From assembly GCA_963719085.1 (NCBI GenBank), contig CAVRAL010000001.1, positions 384,001 through 448,000 on the forward strand: a stretch of DNA of 64,000 bases, given 5' to 3'. Positions within the stretch are counted from its first letter, which is position 1. Each line of letters begins with the position of its first letter. Positions 38,500 through 48,530 of the stretch are shown piece after piece. The notes below the pieces were generated by a model. The model made no database searches. It was not told the origin of the DNA and was given only the letters and a program-made list of their open reading frames with translations. This DNA comes from a candidate division FCPU426 bacterium (GTDB lineage Bacteria > Oederibacteriota > Muellerivitia > Muellerivitales > Muellerivitaceae). A program made the translations under genes and the position numbers.

Positions 38500-39741
38500 A
38501 TGATTTTGTTAAAAAACACCGAAAGCTCTTTAAGAAAGGTATTGCTTTGTGTTTGGGGTTTTGGTGCAACTGCATTGTGCGAATATTTTTGGAAGGGGCG
38601 TTCTGACATAGCGGCAAAATTAGGGTACGTTTTATTTCCGGGGTTCTTTTTTTCTTTTATCTACTTTGGAACAAAATACATTTTTAAGAAACGCCTTGAT
38701 TTGTTATGTACTGCCGCCCATAGATTGAAAGTGTATTTGTATTTCAGCGTACTCACGATTTCTTTATTTGTGGGACTGTTTAGAGGTAATAACTTGAGCT
38801 TCATGATGAATGAAGTGATACTTTTCTATTCTTTGGGTCTTTTTTTAATCTTGGCAGTTGACGAAAAATTTTGCGATCAAGTATTCAAACTTTCCACAAT
38901 TATTTTTTGGGTTGCATTTTTAGGAGGGCTTTTAACACTATATTCTTTGTCGTATACGGCGGATTTCATGCCGGAAGATACCATTGAAGGGGGCGACGAG
39001 CGCTTTACTAGGAGTGCAGCCTACTATTTTTATAGGCCGTTTCTTATTTTAGGACTTCCACTTTTCTTATATGGTTGGATTTCGGTGAAGTCTATGTGGA
39101 AATACTTTCAAATTTGGTCTTTGTTAGGTTTTGCATTATTTGATGTATTTTTTTTCAAACATCGAGGGTCATTAGTTTTTATAGGATTGTCTTTATTTGC
39201 AGTGTTTTTAACGATTCGATTTAAAGGTCAGTGGTTTAAATTTTTAGGATTTGCTTTTTGTTTTTTATTTTTGGTTTTGGCCTGGCTTAATTCTGAGAGC
39301 GGTGAGGTGTTCATAAGCCGGATGAATGACTTTAACAATTTAAGTGTTACCGAGAATAGGCTTCCCGAAACACGGAGGTACTTTGATCAAATGGGTTACG
39401 AGTGGTTGTGGGGGCGCGGTCTCGGAGGTGGCTATAATTTAGGTGGGCTTTTTGGATCGTATTTGCAGGATGAGGATTGGCAAACAATTCATATTGGGTG
39501 GTTAGTATTTACTTTAAAAGGTGGTCTTCCGCTTTTGATTATTATGCTTATGTTTTTTGGTTCCTGGATAAAAAAACAAAAATTCTCTGAAAATCTAAAT
39601 GTTTTTGATATGACGGCCTATTATTGGATTCCAATCCTTTTTTTAATTTGGTCTGTAACTCCAATTGAGCTTAGCGCTTCTTCTGTTTCCGTTTTAGGAT
39701 TGTCATTTTTGATGTTGGGGAGATTTGGGAAGAAAGTATAA
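38500..39741 (+). CDS. Wzy-like polymerase / O-antigen ligase family membrane protein, locus 1
   Basis: About 11 TMs, HRG, periplasmic loop WGRGLGG...IHIGW...KGG. Confidence 0.7.
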   Translation: MILLKNTESSLRKVLLCVWGFGATALCEYFWKGRSDIAAKLGYVLFPGFFFSFIYFGTKYIFKKRLDLLCTAAHRLKVYLYFSVLTISLFVGLFRGNNLSFMMNEVILFYSLGLFLILAVDEKFCDQVFKLSTIIFWVAFLGGLLTLYSLSYTADFMPEDTIEGGDERFTRSAAYYFYRPFLILGLPLFLYGWISVKSMWKYFQIWSLLGFALFDVFFFKHRGSLVFIGLSLFAVFLTIRFKGQWFKFLGFAFCFLFLVLAWLNSESGEVFISRMNDFNNLSVTENRLPETRRYFDQMGYEWLWGRGLGGGYNLGGLFGSYLQDEDWQTIHIGWLVFTLKGGLPLLIIMLMFFGSWIKKQKFSENLNVFDMTAYYWIPILFLIWSVTPIELSASSVSVLGLSFLMLGRFGKKV

Positions 39742-39811
39742 GCTTCAAATTTTAAGTTAGCATTTGCCTTAAAACTCAAACTTTGAAAAAGTTAATCTTT
39801 CGAAAGGTTTA

Positions 39812-40639
39812 ATGATGATTCTGCGCGCTTTGTTAGCATGCCACAATAGACGTGTTAAAACTTTGGCGTGCTTAAAAAGTTTTCGTGATCAAAAAGGGTT
39901 GAAACGAAGTGTGACTAAAAAGGTTACTCTGTTTGATGATGGAAGCACCGACGGAACTTCTGATTGGGTATCGAAGAATAAGTTGGCGGACGAGATTTTT
40001 ATTGGTGATGGAAATTTCTATTGGTGCGGAGCAATGAGAAGATTATGTGTTGGCCTTAAAGATTTTGATTCCGATTTGATTTTGTTGTTAAACGATGACG
40101 TAGTTCTTAAACCGCGAGCTGTTAAGGCGCTTCTTGAGGTAAGGGATTGGGCCCTCTCGAAAAATACGAAAGAGCCAATTGTAGTTGGTGCTACCCAATC
40201 GATTGATTCTCATAATACGACTTATGGCGGACTAGTGAAATATAGTTTTTGGCGTCCATTGGGTTTGAAATTATTAAATCCTAATGGGAGCTATTTGCCG
40301 TGTGATACTTTTAATTGCAATTGTGTTTTACTTTCCCGGAAGACAATATCGGATTTGGGCGGATTCGATAATAATTTTACGCATTCTATGGGCGATATTG
40401 ATTTGGGCTTACGCGCTAGAAAAAGTGGCGTGCCAATTTGGCTTGCTCCTCAGTATGTTGGATATTGCAATAACAACAAACCTGCGGATCGCAAAAAAAC
40501 ATTTCTGGGACGTTGGAAGGCTTTAAATCATCCCAAGGGTGCTCCGCCATTGGAAACATTTTTGCTGTATAAACGACATGGTGGAGTTGCTTGGCCTTTT
40601 TATTGGGCGGCGTTTATAGTTAGAAAATTGATTTTGTAA
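39812..40639 (+). CDS. Glycosyltransferase family 2
   Basis: ACHNR, FDDGSTDGT, LLLNDD, GDIDLGLRA. Confidence 0.92.
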   Translation: MMILRALLACHNRRVKTLACLKSFRDQKGLKRSVTKKVTLFDDGSTDGTSDWVSKNKLADEIFIGDGNFYWCGAMRRLCVGLKDFDSDLILLLNDDVVLKPRAVKALLEVRDWALSKNTKEPIVVGATQSIDSHNTTYGGLVKYSFWRPLGLKLLNPNGSYLPCDTFNCNCVLLSRKTISDLGGFDNNFTHSMGDIDLGLRARKSGVPIWLAPQYVGYCNNNKPADRKKTFLGRWKALNHPKGAPPLETFLLYKRHGGVAWPFYWAAFIVRKLIL

Positions 40640-40763
40640 TTTTCAATTGTTCCAGAAGTTTTGGTCGTTTATTTATTGTTGAGGTGATTAAAAGATGCTG
40701 GTGATAGACGGTTACAGGAAAAATTTTATTAAAACAGCTTTTTGATGATCACGGAGAAACTCT

Positions 40764-41927
40764 ATGATTAGCACATTAGCAGTGGTGGGGGGCCTTTCGA
40801 AGACAGGAGGTGGTACCTCATACAGTGTCCCGGCCTGGAGCAATGCCTTGGCCCGTGAGAATGTTCAACGGTTTTTGGTGACTGTCCAAGCTCCGGGTGA
40901 AGAACTCTCCGATTTTGTTGATGCGAATTTAGTTCATTTAGACAAAGTTTCTGCCTTTGGAACAAACAAATTCAATGTGCGTTGGGCTCCGGGGATGAAG
41001 AATAAACTTCGTTTTATATGTCGTGAGCAAAATATCCAACTCATTCATAATCATGGGGCCTGGCTCCCGGCGAACCATACGGCTTCCCAAGTCGCTCGCG
41101 ATTTCAAAATCCCGTATCTCATTACACCTCATGGCATGCTCACACTCTGGTGTTTCAACAACAAACCTGTGAAAAAACGATTGGCTTGGTGGTTTTACCA
41201 GAAGAAGGATGTGGATCTGGCGCGGGTGATCCATGTGACCGCCCAAAGCGAAGGAGATGAGCTACGCCATTTGGGTTACGGTGGTTCGTTGGCGGTCATT
41301 CCCAATGGGCTGAACTTGCCTGATTGGAAGAATGTGCCAGCAGTGGAACGAGAAATGAAGACGGCTCTATTTGTGTCTCGAATTCACCCGAAAAAAGGAC
41401 TTTTGGATTTAGTGGCAGCGTGGGCAAAGGTGAGGCCCAAGGGCTGGAGGATGCGATTAGTCGGACCAGACGAGGGTGGCTACCAGGCGATGGTGGAAAA
41501 GGCGATTCGGGAGAAAGGGCTTGAAAAAGATTTTATCTTTGATGGTTCGGTTTTTGGGGAACGGCTTTGGAATATTTATAGGGAATCTGATCTTTTTATC
41601 CTTCCAACCCTTAGTGAAAATTTTGGTAATGTCGTTCCGGAGGCCATGGCCTGTGGGTTACCCGTGATTTGCACCCATGGGGCCCCCTGGGAAGAGCTTA
41701 ACAGTCACTCCTGCGGCTGGTGGGTTCCGGTTGGTGCGGAGTCATTGGAAAAAGCCATGCGGGAGGCTTTTGAGACAACGGCTGCCCAACGTCGTGAAAT
41801 GGGGTTGCGAGGTCGGCGGTTAGTTGAAGAAAAATACACTTGGGCTTCCACAGGTCGGCAGATGAAATCCCTCTATGAGTGGATTTTAGGTGAGGGGAAA
41901 AAGCCAGAGTTTGTTCAAGAAGGGTAG
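40764..41927 (+). CDS. Glycosyltransferase family 4
   Basis: TPHGML, SRIHPKKG, ENFGNVVPEAMACG (EX7E). Confidence 0.93.
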   Translation: MISTLAVVGGLSKTGGGTSYSVPAWSNALARENVQRFLVTVQAPGEELSDFVDANLVHLDKVSAFGTNKFNVRWAPGMKNKLRFICREQNIQLIHNHGAWLPANHTASQVARDFKIPYLITPHGMLTLWCFNNKPVKKRLAWWFYQKKDVDLARVIHVTAQSEGDELRHLGYGGSLAVIPNGLNLPDWKNVPAVEREMKTALFVSRIHPKKGLLDLVAAWAKVRPKGWRMRLVGPDEGGYQAMVEKAIREKGLEKDFIFDGSVFGERLWNIYRESDLFILPTLSENFGNVVPEAMACGLPVICTHGAPWEELNSHSCGWWVPVGAESLEKAMREAFETTAAQRREMGLRGRRLVEEKYTWASTGRQMKSLYEWILGEGKKPEFVQEG

Positions 41928-41932
41928 GAATT

Positions 41933-42487
41933 TTGAAAAACGCCCATAACATCATTTACCGAGATTCAATGGCATCCTCCAATCGGATTATTCGGTTGGT
42001 TTGGAATCTTTTTTGGTTTTTCCTATTTCGGCCTTCACCATCTTTTCTCCATGGTTGGCGGCGTCTTTTACTGCGTCTTTTCGGTGCTAAACTGGCGGCA
42101 GGTACTAAAATTTATCCCTCGGTCAAGGTTTGGGCACCATGGAACTTGGAAATGAAACGGGACAGTTGTTTAGGTCCTGGTGTGAATTGTTATTCCATGG
42201 CGAAGGTGTCGGTTGGGGCCTATTGTACGGTCAGCCAATATTCGCATCTCTGCTCGGCGGGACACGATATTTATGACCTTCATTTTAAGCTGACGACGGC
42301 GCCAATTCATTTGGGGGACAATAGCTGGGTGGCGGCGGATGCCTTCGTTGGCCCCGGTGTCACAATTGGGGAAGGCGCGGTTGTTGGAGCGCGGGCTTGT
42401 GTTTTTAAGGATGTGAAATCTTGGTCGATTGTGGGTGGTAATCCGGCAAAGGTCATCGGCAAACGAACCATCCGAAGGGGGCATTGA
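41933..42487 (+). CDS. WcaF-like polysaccharide O-acetyltransferase
   Basis: WRRLLLRLFGAK, WAPWNL, VSQYSHLCSAGHD, GPGVTIGEGAVVGA, GGNPAK. Confidence 0.88.
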   Translation: MKNAHNIIYRDSMASSNRIIRLVWNLFWFFLFRPSPSFLHGWRRLLLRLFGAKLAAGTKIYPSVKVWAPWNLEMKRDSCLGPGVNCYSMAKVSVGAYCTVSQYSHLCSAGHDIYDLHFKLTTAPIHLGDNSWVAADAFVGPGVTIGEGAVVGARACVFKDVKSWSIVGGNPAKVIGKRTIRRGH

Positions 42488-43341
42488 TGCCCAGGTCTCG
42501 AAGTATTAAAGCCCCAACGGTGTCCATCCTGATTTTAACTCTAAATGAAGAAATCAACATATCCGCTTGTCTGGATTCGGTAGGATGGAGTGACGACATT
42601 GTTGTTTTGGATTCGGGTAGCCGAGATAAAACAACAGCGCTCGCCAAAAAGAAGGGTGCCCGGGTTGTTACCCGTATTTTCGATAACTGGGCTACCCACC
42701 AAAATTGGGCCTTGGATCACATCAAGTTTAAAAATCAATGGGTTTTTTATCTGGATGCCGATGAGCGTATGACCGCAGAATTAAAAGGCGAAATCCTCAC
42801 AATTGCGGCTGATCTACAAAGGCCCGAAAATGCTTTTTTTGTCGGCCGAAGGAATTATTTATGGGGCCAGTGGCTCAAACACGCGTTTCCGCCTGGCTAC
42901 ATCCTTCGCTTTTTTAAGCCATCTTGTGTGAGGTTTGAGCGTTTGGTAAACCCAACGCCGGTCATCCAAGGGCCTCATGGTTACCTTAAAAATTATTTTG
43001 ACCATTATAACTTTAGTAAAGGATTGGAAGAATGGTTTGCTAAGCACAATCGATATTCCACTTTGGAGGCGCTTGAGGGGATGAAGACACTGAAAATCCG
43101 GTGGAAGAAAACAAATCTATTTTCCCTGGATCCTTATGCACGGCGTCAGGCCTTGAAGTCGCTCTCGGTTCTAATGCCTTTTCGTCCTCTTTCGAAGTTC
43201 TTTTATCTCTACATCTTCAAAAGAGGATTTTTAGATGGTCGTGGGGGGCTGACCTATTGTGTGATGCAATCCTTCTATGAGTTCATGATCGCGGCCAAGA
43301 TAAGAGAACTAAAGCTCAAGGAAAAAGGATTTCAGGCCTGA
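42487..43341 (+). CDS. Glycosyltransferase family 2 (beta-1,4-glucosyltransferase-like)
   Basis: ILTLNEE.NI..CL, DSGSRDKT, YLDADE, KHNRYSTLEA, GFLDGRGG. Confidence 0.9.
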   Translation: MPRSRSIKAPTVSILILTLNEEINISACLDSVGWSDDIVVLDSGSRDKTTALAKKKGARVVTRIFDNWATHQNWALDHIKFKNQWVFYLDADERMTAELKGEILTIAADLQRPENAFFVGRRNYLWGQWLKHAFPPGYILRFFKPSCVRFERLVNPTPVIQGPHGYLKNYFDHYNFSKGLEEWFAKHNRYSTLEALEGMKTLKIRWKKTNLFSLDPYARRQALKSLSVLMPFRPLSKFFYLYIFKRGFLDGRGGLTYCVMQSFYEFMIAAKIRELKLKEKGFQA

Positions 43342-43345
43342 TGTT

Positions 43346-44179
43346 TCAGGTGAAACGTAATTGGAGCATCAAGCGTTCCCGATCGATTGGGGCGAGAGCC
43401 TTGTGGTAACAGGAGGAGTCCTGTACGAAGCCGGTGCCAGCTTTTCCCTTGATGATGATTTGATTTTCCGCACCAAATTGGGTGATGACCGATTCATCGC
43501 TCTGGTTTGCGGAATGAAACAACATCCGTAGGGGTTTGTTACGGTGCGACTTTTTAATCATTACATGGGCACCGGAACGATCGTCTACTTTTGTCAGATA
43601 AAAACTGGCGTAAATGAAGTTGAGGCCATTCACATCAAAATGGAATTGAACGGTTTGTCCGTCTTTCAAACGCTGTTTTTCCGTGAGCGGTGTAACAAAG
43701 CTCCAAAAGAGCCACGGTTTAATTGCGCGGGGTCGATAGCCTAAGTACTGAGAAACCAGGTGGGCCAAGCCGGGATCGTTGATGATTTTGGCGATCGCGG
43801 GACATTTTTCCGCATGCAAGATTGTGCCAAGGGCGATGGGAGAGCCGGTGGGTAATTGACCTCTTTTGATTTTCTTATAAGTGAAGGGGGCTTCGTCGCC
43901 TTGACGAACTCCAGGAGCGGTTTTGGCGAACTCATATATCTTTTTAACGGTAGCCGGAGATAGGTCGAACCCAAAAGCCACGGCCTCCCGTTTAAGGTCT
44001 TTCAAGGTACCGGGTTTGAGGGCGACGGGAAAAAGCGTCGCGGAAGTGGTGGGCGGTGGGGGAAGGTTAGTGGTAATCCTTCTCAAGGCACTATATCCCC
44101 GGCGGACTTTCTCAAATCGTCCGAAGGCGTAATGCCATTCGCCCTTCGATAGTTTTGTGAGTATGCTCTTCAGATTCAT
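43346..44179 (-). CDS. PhyH-like Fe(II)/2-oxoglutarate oxygenase family protein
   Basis: HxD...H triad (FHFD, CYHKA), YLTKVD..SGAH, terminal RLMLQL. Confidence 0.65.
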   Translation of the reverse strand: MNLKSILTKLSKGEWHYAFGRFEKVRRGYSALRRITTNLPPPPTTSATLFPVALKPGTLKDLKREAVAFGFDLSPATVKKIYEFAKTAPGVRQGDEAPFTYKKIKRGQLPTGSPIALGTILHAEKCPAIAKIINDPGLAHLVSQYLGYRPRAIKPWLFWSFVTPLTEKQRLKDGQTVQFHFDVNGLNFIYASFYLTKVDDRSGAHVMIKKSHRNKPLRMLFHSANQSDESVITQFGAENQIIIKGKAGTGFVQDSSCYHKALAPIDRERLMLQLRFT

Positions 44180-44214
44180 GGATGGTTTTTACTTTTCAAG
44201 ATTTGGAATAGCAA

Positions 44215-45162
44215 ATGAATTATAAACCGATCGTATCGGGCTCACCAGAATCTTCCAGGCTGATTTTTGGTTGTTCTGGCCTCATGGGGCGTGTGGGCAA
44301 GAAAAGCTCATTGCGGATTGTTGCGTTGGCTCTCGAAAGGGGTATTAGCCATTTTGACGTGGCCCGGTCCTACGGTTACGGTGATGCGGAATCCTGTTTG
44401 GGAGAGGCCCTGCAGGGTTGTCGTCGACAAGTTCTGATCACTGGAAAGTTTGGAATCCAGCCCTCGAAACGGGGAACGGCTCTTCGTTTCTTAAAACCCG
44501 TTGCTCAAGGCCTTTTGGCGGCTTTTCCTAGAATTCGGGGCGTTATACGCCGGGGTGTAAAAAGCGCTGGGGCGGGATCGGTGGGCGGCCAATTTGACTT
44601 GATTGATTCCATGCGAAGCTTTGAAACCAGTCTTCGAGCATTGCGGACCTATTATATCGACCTTCTTTTAATGCATGACTGCCGGGACGAAGACGTAACC
44701 GATGGAATGATTGAGTTCTTAGAGTCGTTAAAGAAAACGGGGAAAATTCGGGCCTATGGGGCGGCCACTACATTGGAAACGGCACGGGAAATCGAGAAGC
44801 GTTATCCCGAAAAATTTATTTTTCAATTTCAGGATAGTGTCCTCCGGCGCGCGAAAGAAATGAGGATACCTCAAGGGACTTTTCTAACCTATGGGTTACT
44901 ACACGGAGCGGATCAGGTGGTTCGTTGGGCTCAAGAGGATGAGACGGAATTGACGACAAGGGGATTGTCGCAATTATCCAAAGAGGACATTTTCACCTTA
45001 ATGCTCCAATACGGCCTCTCAGTGAATCCCTCTGGTGCCGTGGTTTGTTCTATGTTGAATCCAGAACACCTAGAATCGAATTTGAAGGTAGTGAATAATC
45101 CTCGGTTTAGCCCGCGACAAGTTGAGACTTTCGCCAAATGGGTGGCCGATAAGACTTCGTGA
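44215..45162 (+). CDS. Aldo/keto reductase
   Basis: LIFGC, GISHFDVARSYG.G.AE..LG, GKFG, SLRALRTYYIDLLLMH, GKIRAYG. Confidence 0.9.
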   Translation: MNYKPIVSGSPESSRLIFGCSGLMGRVGKKSSLRIVALALERGISHFDVARSYGYGDAESCLGEALQGCRRQVLITGKFGIQPSKRGTALRFLKPVAQGLLAAFPRIRGVIRRGVKSAGAGSVGGQFDLIDSMRSFETSLRALRTYYIDLLLMHDCRDEDVTDGMIEFLESLKKTGKIRAYGAATTLETAREIEKRYPEKFIFQFQDSVLRRAKEMRIPQGTFLTYGLLHGADQVVRWAQEDETELTTRGLSQLSKEDIFTLMLQYGLSVNPSGAVVCSMLNPEHLESNLKVVNNPRFSPRQVETFAKWVADKTS

Positions 45163-45175
45163 ATGGGAAAATGTG

Positions 45176-45892
45176 ATGGTAGAAAGCTCAATATATGAGT
45201 ACGACAAAAAGTTCTTTGAGCGTTTGAAAGACGATTCTTTCCGATCCGCGATGAAGATTATCCCCCTGGTTCAAGAATTGATTCCAATTAAATCCGTTGT
45301 CGACGTGGGCTGTGGCACGGGGTCTTGGCTCAAAGCCTTTCAGAAAAATGGGGTCAGGACTATTTATGGTGTTGATGGAAACCAAACCGGGCTCTTAGAA
45401 ATCCCTCGAAATCGATTCTTTAGGACGGATTTGAGACGGCCTTTTAAGCTAAAAGAGAAATTTGATTTGGCTGTTTCGGTGGAGGTGGCTGAGCATCTTC
45501 CTAAGAAAAGCGCTGACTCGTTCGTGAAGAATTTGACCGACTTGGCGCCGGCCGTCCTTTTTTCGGCCGCGATTCCGGGGCAGGGCGGAGACCACCACAT
45601 CAACGAACAGTGGCCTGAATATTGGGCCTCGAAATTCAATCGACGGGGCTTTGTGGCCTTGGATTGTATTCGAACGAAAATTTGGAAGGATCGGGAAATC
45701 TGTTGGTGGTATCGCCAAAATTTGATTCTTTATGTCCGGAAGAGCTTGATGCTCGAAAACCCAAAGCTTTCCGGGATTCCCATTGCCGATCCGCCACAAC
45801 GCTTCATCTATCCGCGCGTCAATCCGCATAGCCGTTTACGAAGAGTTTGGAAGCTTTTTCGCCAAAAATTCAGGACGTTTTTTACGGTGTGA
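45176..45892 (+). CDS. Class I SAM-dependent methyltransferase
   Basis: VVDVGCGTG, FDLAVSVEVAEHL, FSAAIPGQGG..HINEQW. Confidence 0.9.
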   Translation: MVESSIYEYDKKFFERLKDDSFRSAMKIIPLVQELIPIKSVVDVGCGTGSWLKAFQKNGVRTIYGVDGNQTGLLEIPRNRFFRTDLRRPFKLKEKFDLAVSVEVAEHLPKKSADSFVKNLTDLAPAVLFSAAIPGQGGDHHINEQWPEYWASKFNRRGFVALDCIRTKIWKDREICWWYRQNLILYVRKSLMLENPKLSGIPIADPPQRFIYPRVNPHSRLRRVWKLFRQKFRTFFTV

Positions 45893-46081
45893 TATTTATG
45901 GTTTCGTCGAATTTTTCTGACGAGCTTTAAGAGAAATATTAGAAGGTGCGATTTTGTTGTCATTGGGGTTTCGGGGGAGGAGATTGGTATTTTTTAAGGA
46001 AAACGGTTTACTTAAATTAGCCCCTAGAATAAGATTGGATTATCATTTTGAGAAACCAATCCTGTCTTTGAAGGAGCCTGG

Positions 46082-46246
46082 GTGCCTAAAGTTCTCCTTC
46101 TCTACCACTACTACCATCCCGACGATGTCGCACCCATTCCTTATATGGGAATGGGTACAGCCCAAGCTTGCGCCTCAACTGGTGGTTTCGGCACGGGAAA
46201 ACATCGTCAAACGGGTTTGTCCGTAAACGGTGGGTTCTTTGTCTAA
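46082..46246 (+). pseudogene. Duplicated 5' end of the downstream GT4 gene forming a 54-aa ORF
   Basis: AAGGAG RBS + GTG; encodes MPKVLLLYHYYHPDDVA (matching the GT N-terminus) then unrelated sequence; TAA at 46244-46246. Confidence 0.6.
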
Positions 46247-47441
46247 AGTCCTATTGCTCTACCATTACTACCATCCCGACGATGTCGCGGGCGCGCTCCA
46301 GTTCGTTGGACTTGGGGAAGGCCTGGCCGAACGGAATTGGCAAGTTGAAGCTTGGCCCAGCAACCGCAGTTGCCACCATGACGAGCAGACCTATTCCACG
46401 AAGCTCGAGACAGTGAACGGTGTGCTGATCCGCCGGGTTTGGCGGCCCCATTTCAACCAACATAGTTTTATCGGCCGGATTTTAAACGCGATTTGGCTGG
46501 AAAAACGCTGGGCTTGGCGGGCCTTGTTTTCCAAGGGGCCGGACGTGCTTATCCTCGGCACCGATCCGCTTTTCGCCGTTTTTTTGGTTCCTTTTCTGAA
46601 AACGCGCTGGCCCAAAACCAAGATCATCCATTGGTGTTTTGACCTTTATCCTGAATACGCGATCGCCGAGGGAATCGTCTCCAAAAAGAATCCCTTGATT
46701 CGTCTATTGCGTTTTTTTGTGAGAATCTCCTACGCGGGCTGTGATTTGATCGCGAATTTAGGGCCTTGTATGGCGAAACGGCTAAGGGTTTATTCGGTCA
46801 AAAAAACCGTTACGCTCACCCCTTGGGCCTTGGAAGAGCCCCCCGAACCGCTAAAAATTGACGAGGGCGAGAGGAAAACGCTGTTTGGAACGTCTAAGCT
46901 GGGGCTTTTATACTCCGGTAATTTAAGCCATCCGCACGAGTTTTATCTCACGTTGAAGCTGGCCCGAAAGACCCGGGATTTCGCTCAGTTTACTTATAGT
47001 GCCCGGGGAAGCCGGTTGGACGCGCTGAAAAAGGCTTGGAACCCGGAAGACGTCAATTTTAAATTCGACTCCTTCGCGCCCTTGGATAAATTAAAAGAGC
47101 GGCTTTCGGCGCCGGACGTTCATTTGGTTTCTTTGAAGGACGCCTATACGGGCGTGGCGGTGCCTTCCAAGTTTTTTGGGGCTTTGGCGGCGGGCCGGCC
47201 CATTCTTTTTGAGGGAAGCCCCGACTCGGCGATCGCCCTTTGGATTGAGGAATATAAAATCGGCTGGGTTTTGAGCCCGGAAAACCTGAATGAAGTGGCC
47301 CTGGATTTATTGGCTTTCGCGAAGAGCCCCAAAAGAAAACGGGAGTTATTTGACCATTGCCACAAAATCTACCAGGCCCATTTTTCCAAACAAGCCATGA
47401 TGGCGAAATGGGATCAGGAAATCCGAGCGCTAACGAGTTAG
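46239..47441 (+). CDS. Glycosyltransferase family 4 (WcaI/WbuB-like)
   Basis: YYHPD, DLYPE, LYSGNL...H, VPSKFFGALAAGRPIL; start is TTG 46239 or GTG 46230. Confidence 0.88.
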   Translation: MSKVLLLYHYYHPDDVAGALQFVGLGEGLAERNWQVEAWPSNRSCHHDEQTYSTKLETVNGVLIRRVWRPHFNQHSFIGRILNAIWLEKRWAWRALFSKGPDVLILGTDPLFAVFLVPFLKTRWPKTKIIHWCFDLYPEYAIAEGIVSKKNPLIRLLRFFVRISYAGCDLIANLGPCMAKRLRVYSVKKTVTLTPWALEEPPEPLKIDEGERKTLFGTSKLGLLYSGNLSHPHEFYLTLKLARKTRDFAQFTYSARGSRLDALKKAWNPEDVNFKFDSFAPLDKLKERLSAPDVHLVSLKDAYTGVAVPSKFFGALAAGRPILFEGSPDSAIALWIEEYKIGWVLSPENLNEVALDLLAFAKSPKRKRELFDHCHKIYQAHFSKQAMMAKWDQEIRALTS

Positions 47442-47533
47442 TCCGAGTCCGGTTGTAACCGTCGCGGGCTCCGGTGGGCTCGGCCCACCCAAGACGCGGC
47501 ATTCGGCTGATGGCCTCCTGTCAGGGTCTGTGA

Positions 47534-47556
47534 ATTACGCAAAGTTTTGGCGTAAT
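47534..47556. promoter_or_regulatory. Inverted repeat upstream of locus 2 (possible operator)
   Basis: ATTACGC-N9-GCGTAAT in the AT-rich spacer before the second wza. Confidence 0.35.
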
Positions 47557-47724
47557 GACAGCCTATTTAGCCCCAAAAAATTGTCATTTTTTTTGTTTTT
47601 GAGGAAGCGTTAAAGTTGCATAAAATGATGCGTTTCACGCAAGAAAAAAGAACCGATTTTTTCTAAAAATGATAGGCTCTAGTCCGTTTTTGTTGTTCAT
47701 CCCACTACACGATGAGGGGCATGG

Positions 47725-48513
47725 ATGAGTTCTCCTGTTAGGCGTTTTAGTCGGGCCTTTCGAGTTTTTACCTTCGTTTTGATCTGCCTTTGGGCGGCGG
47801 CTCCAGTTTTAGCCAAACCCAACACCAGTCCTACTCCCGTCCCGACTCCGATGGGAACTCCGAGCCCTGATTATCCCAAGATGGTCATCGGTCCCGGTGA
47901 TTTGCTTGCCATTGTGGTGCTTGGCTATGACCGGTCGTTGGGTGCGGGAGGTACGGTGAGCACTTTAGGGGTTTCGGCTCCTGCCAGCCCGGGCGTGGCG
48001 ACCAACGCAGGACTGCCCGCCAACTATTTAGTGGATACGGATGGTCGGATCAACTTTCCCTACGTGGGCCCGGTGAATCTCGCGGGCTTGACCCAGATCG
48101 AGGCCAGTCAACTTTTGATCAAGAAACTGGGGGAATACCTCAAGTTCCCCCAGGTGACGGTGATGATTCAAACCTCCAACACCTATAACGTCTCGGTTTT
48201 GGGCGACTTATTTCACCCGGGGCAGTTCATGATCCGCGGTAGGCCCGATGTCCTTTCGATGATCGCGCAGGCGGGCGGGGCGGCCCTCAATCCGGATCTG
48301 GGCAGTGTGCTCATCACCCGGGGAACCATCAAAATCCACGTTGACGTCGGAAGATATTTAAGCGATCCCAACTACCACGCCACCGCGCCCATCGTTTATC
48401 CGGGGGACATCATCTACGTGCCGCAAAACCCCTGGCCGACCTTGAGTGAAATCGCTGTTTTCGTCGGAGTTATCTATACGGCCTATGTCGTGGCCAATGA
48501 CCTGAAGAAATAA
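47725..48513 (+). CDS. wza: Polysaccharide export protein (OPX/Wza family), locus 2
   Basis: VIGPGDLL, YLVDTDGRINFPYVGPV.LAGLT, VSVLGD...PG, AGG, VYPGDIIYVP; paralogous to 28906-29682. Confidence 0.9.
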   Translation: MSSPVRRFSRAFRVFTFVLICLWAAAPVLAKPNTSPTPVPTPMGTPSPDYPKMVIGPGDLLAIVVLGYDRSLGAGGTVSTLGVSAPASPGVATNAGLPANYLVDTDGRINFPYVGPVNLAGLTQIEASQLLIKKLGEYLKFPQVTVMIQTSNTYNVSVLGDLFHPGQFMIRGRPDVLSMIAQAGGAALNPDLGSVLITRGTIKIHVDVGRYLSDPNYHATAPIVYPGDIIYVPQNPWPTLSEIAVFVGVIYTAYVVANDLKK

Positions 48514-48530
48514 TTAGGACCGGAGAGAGC

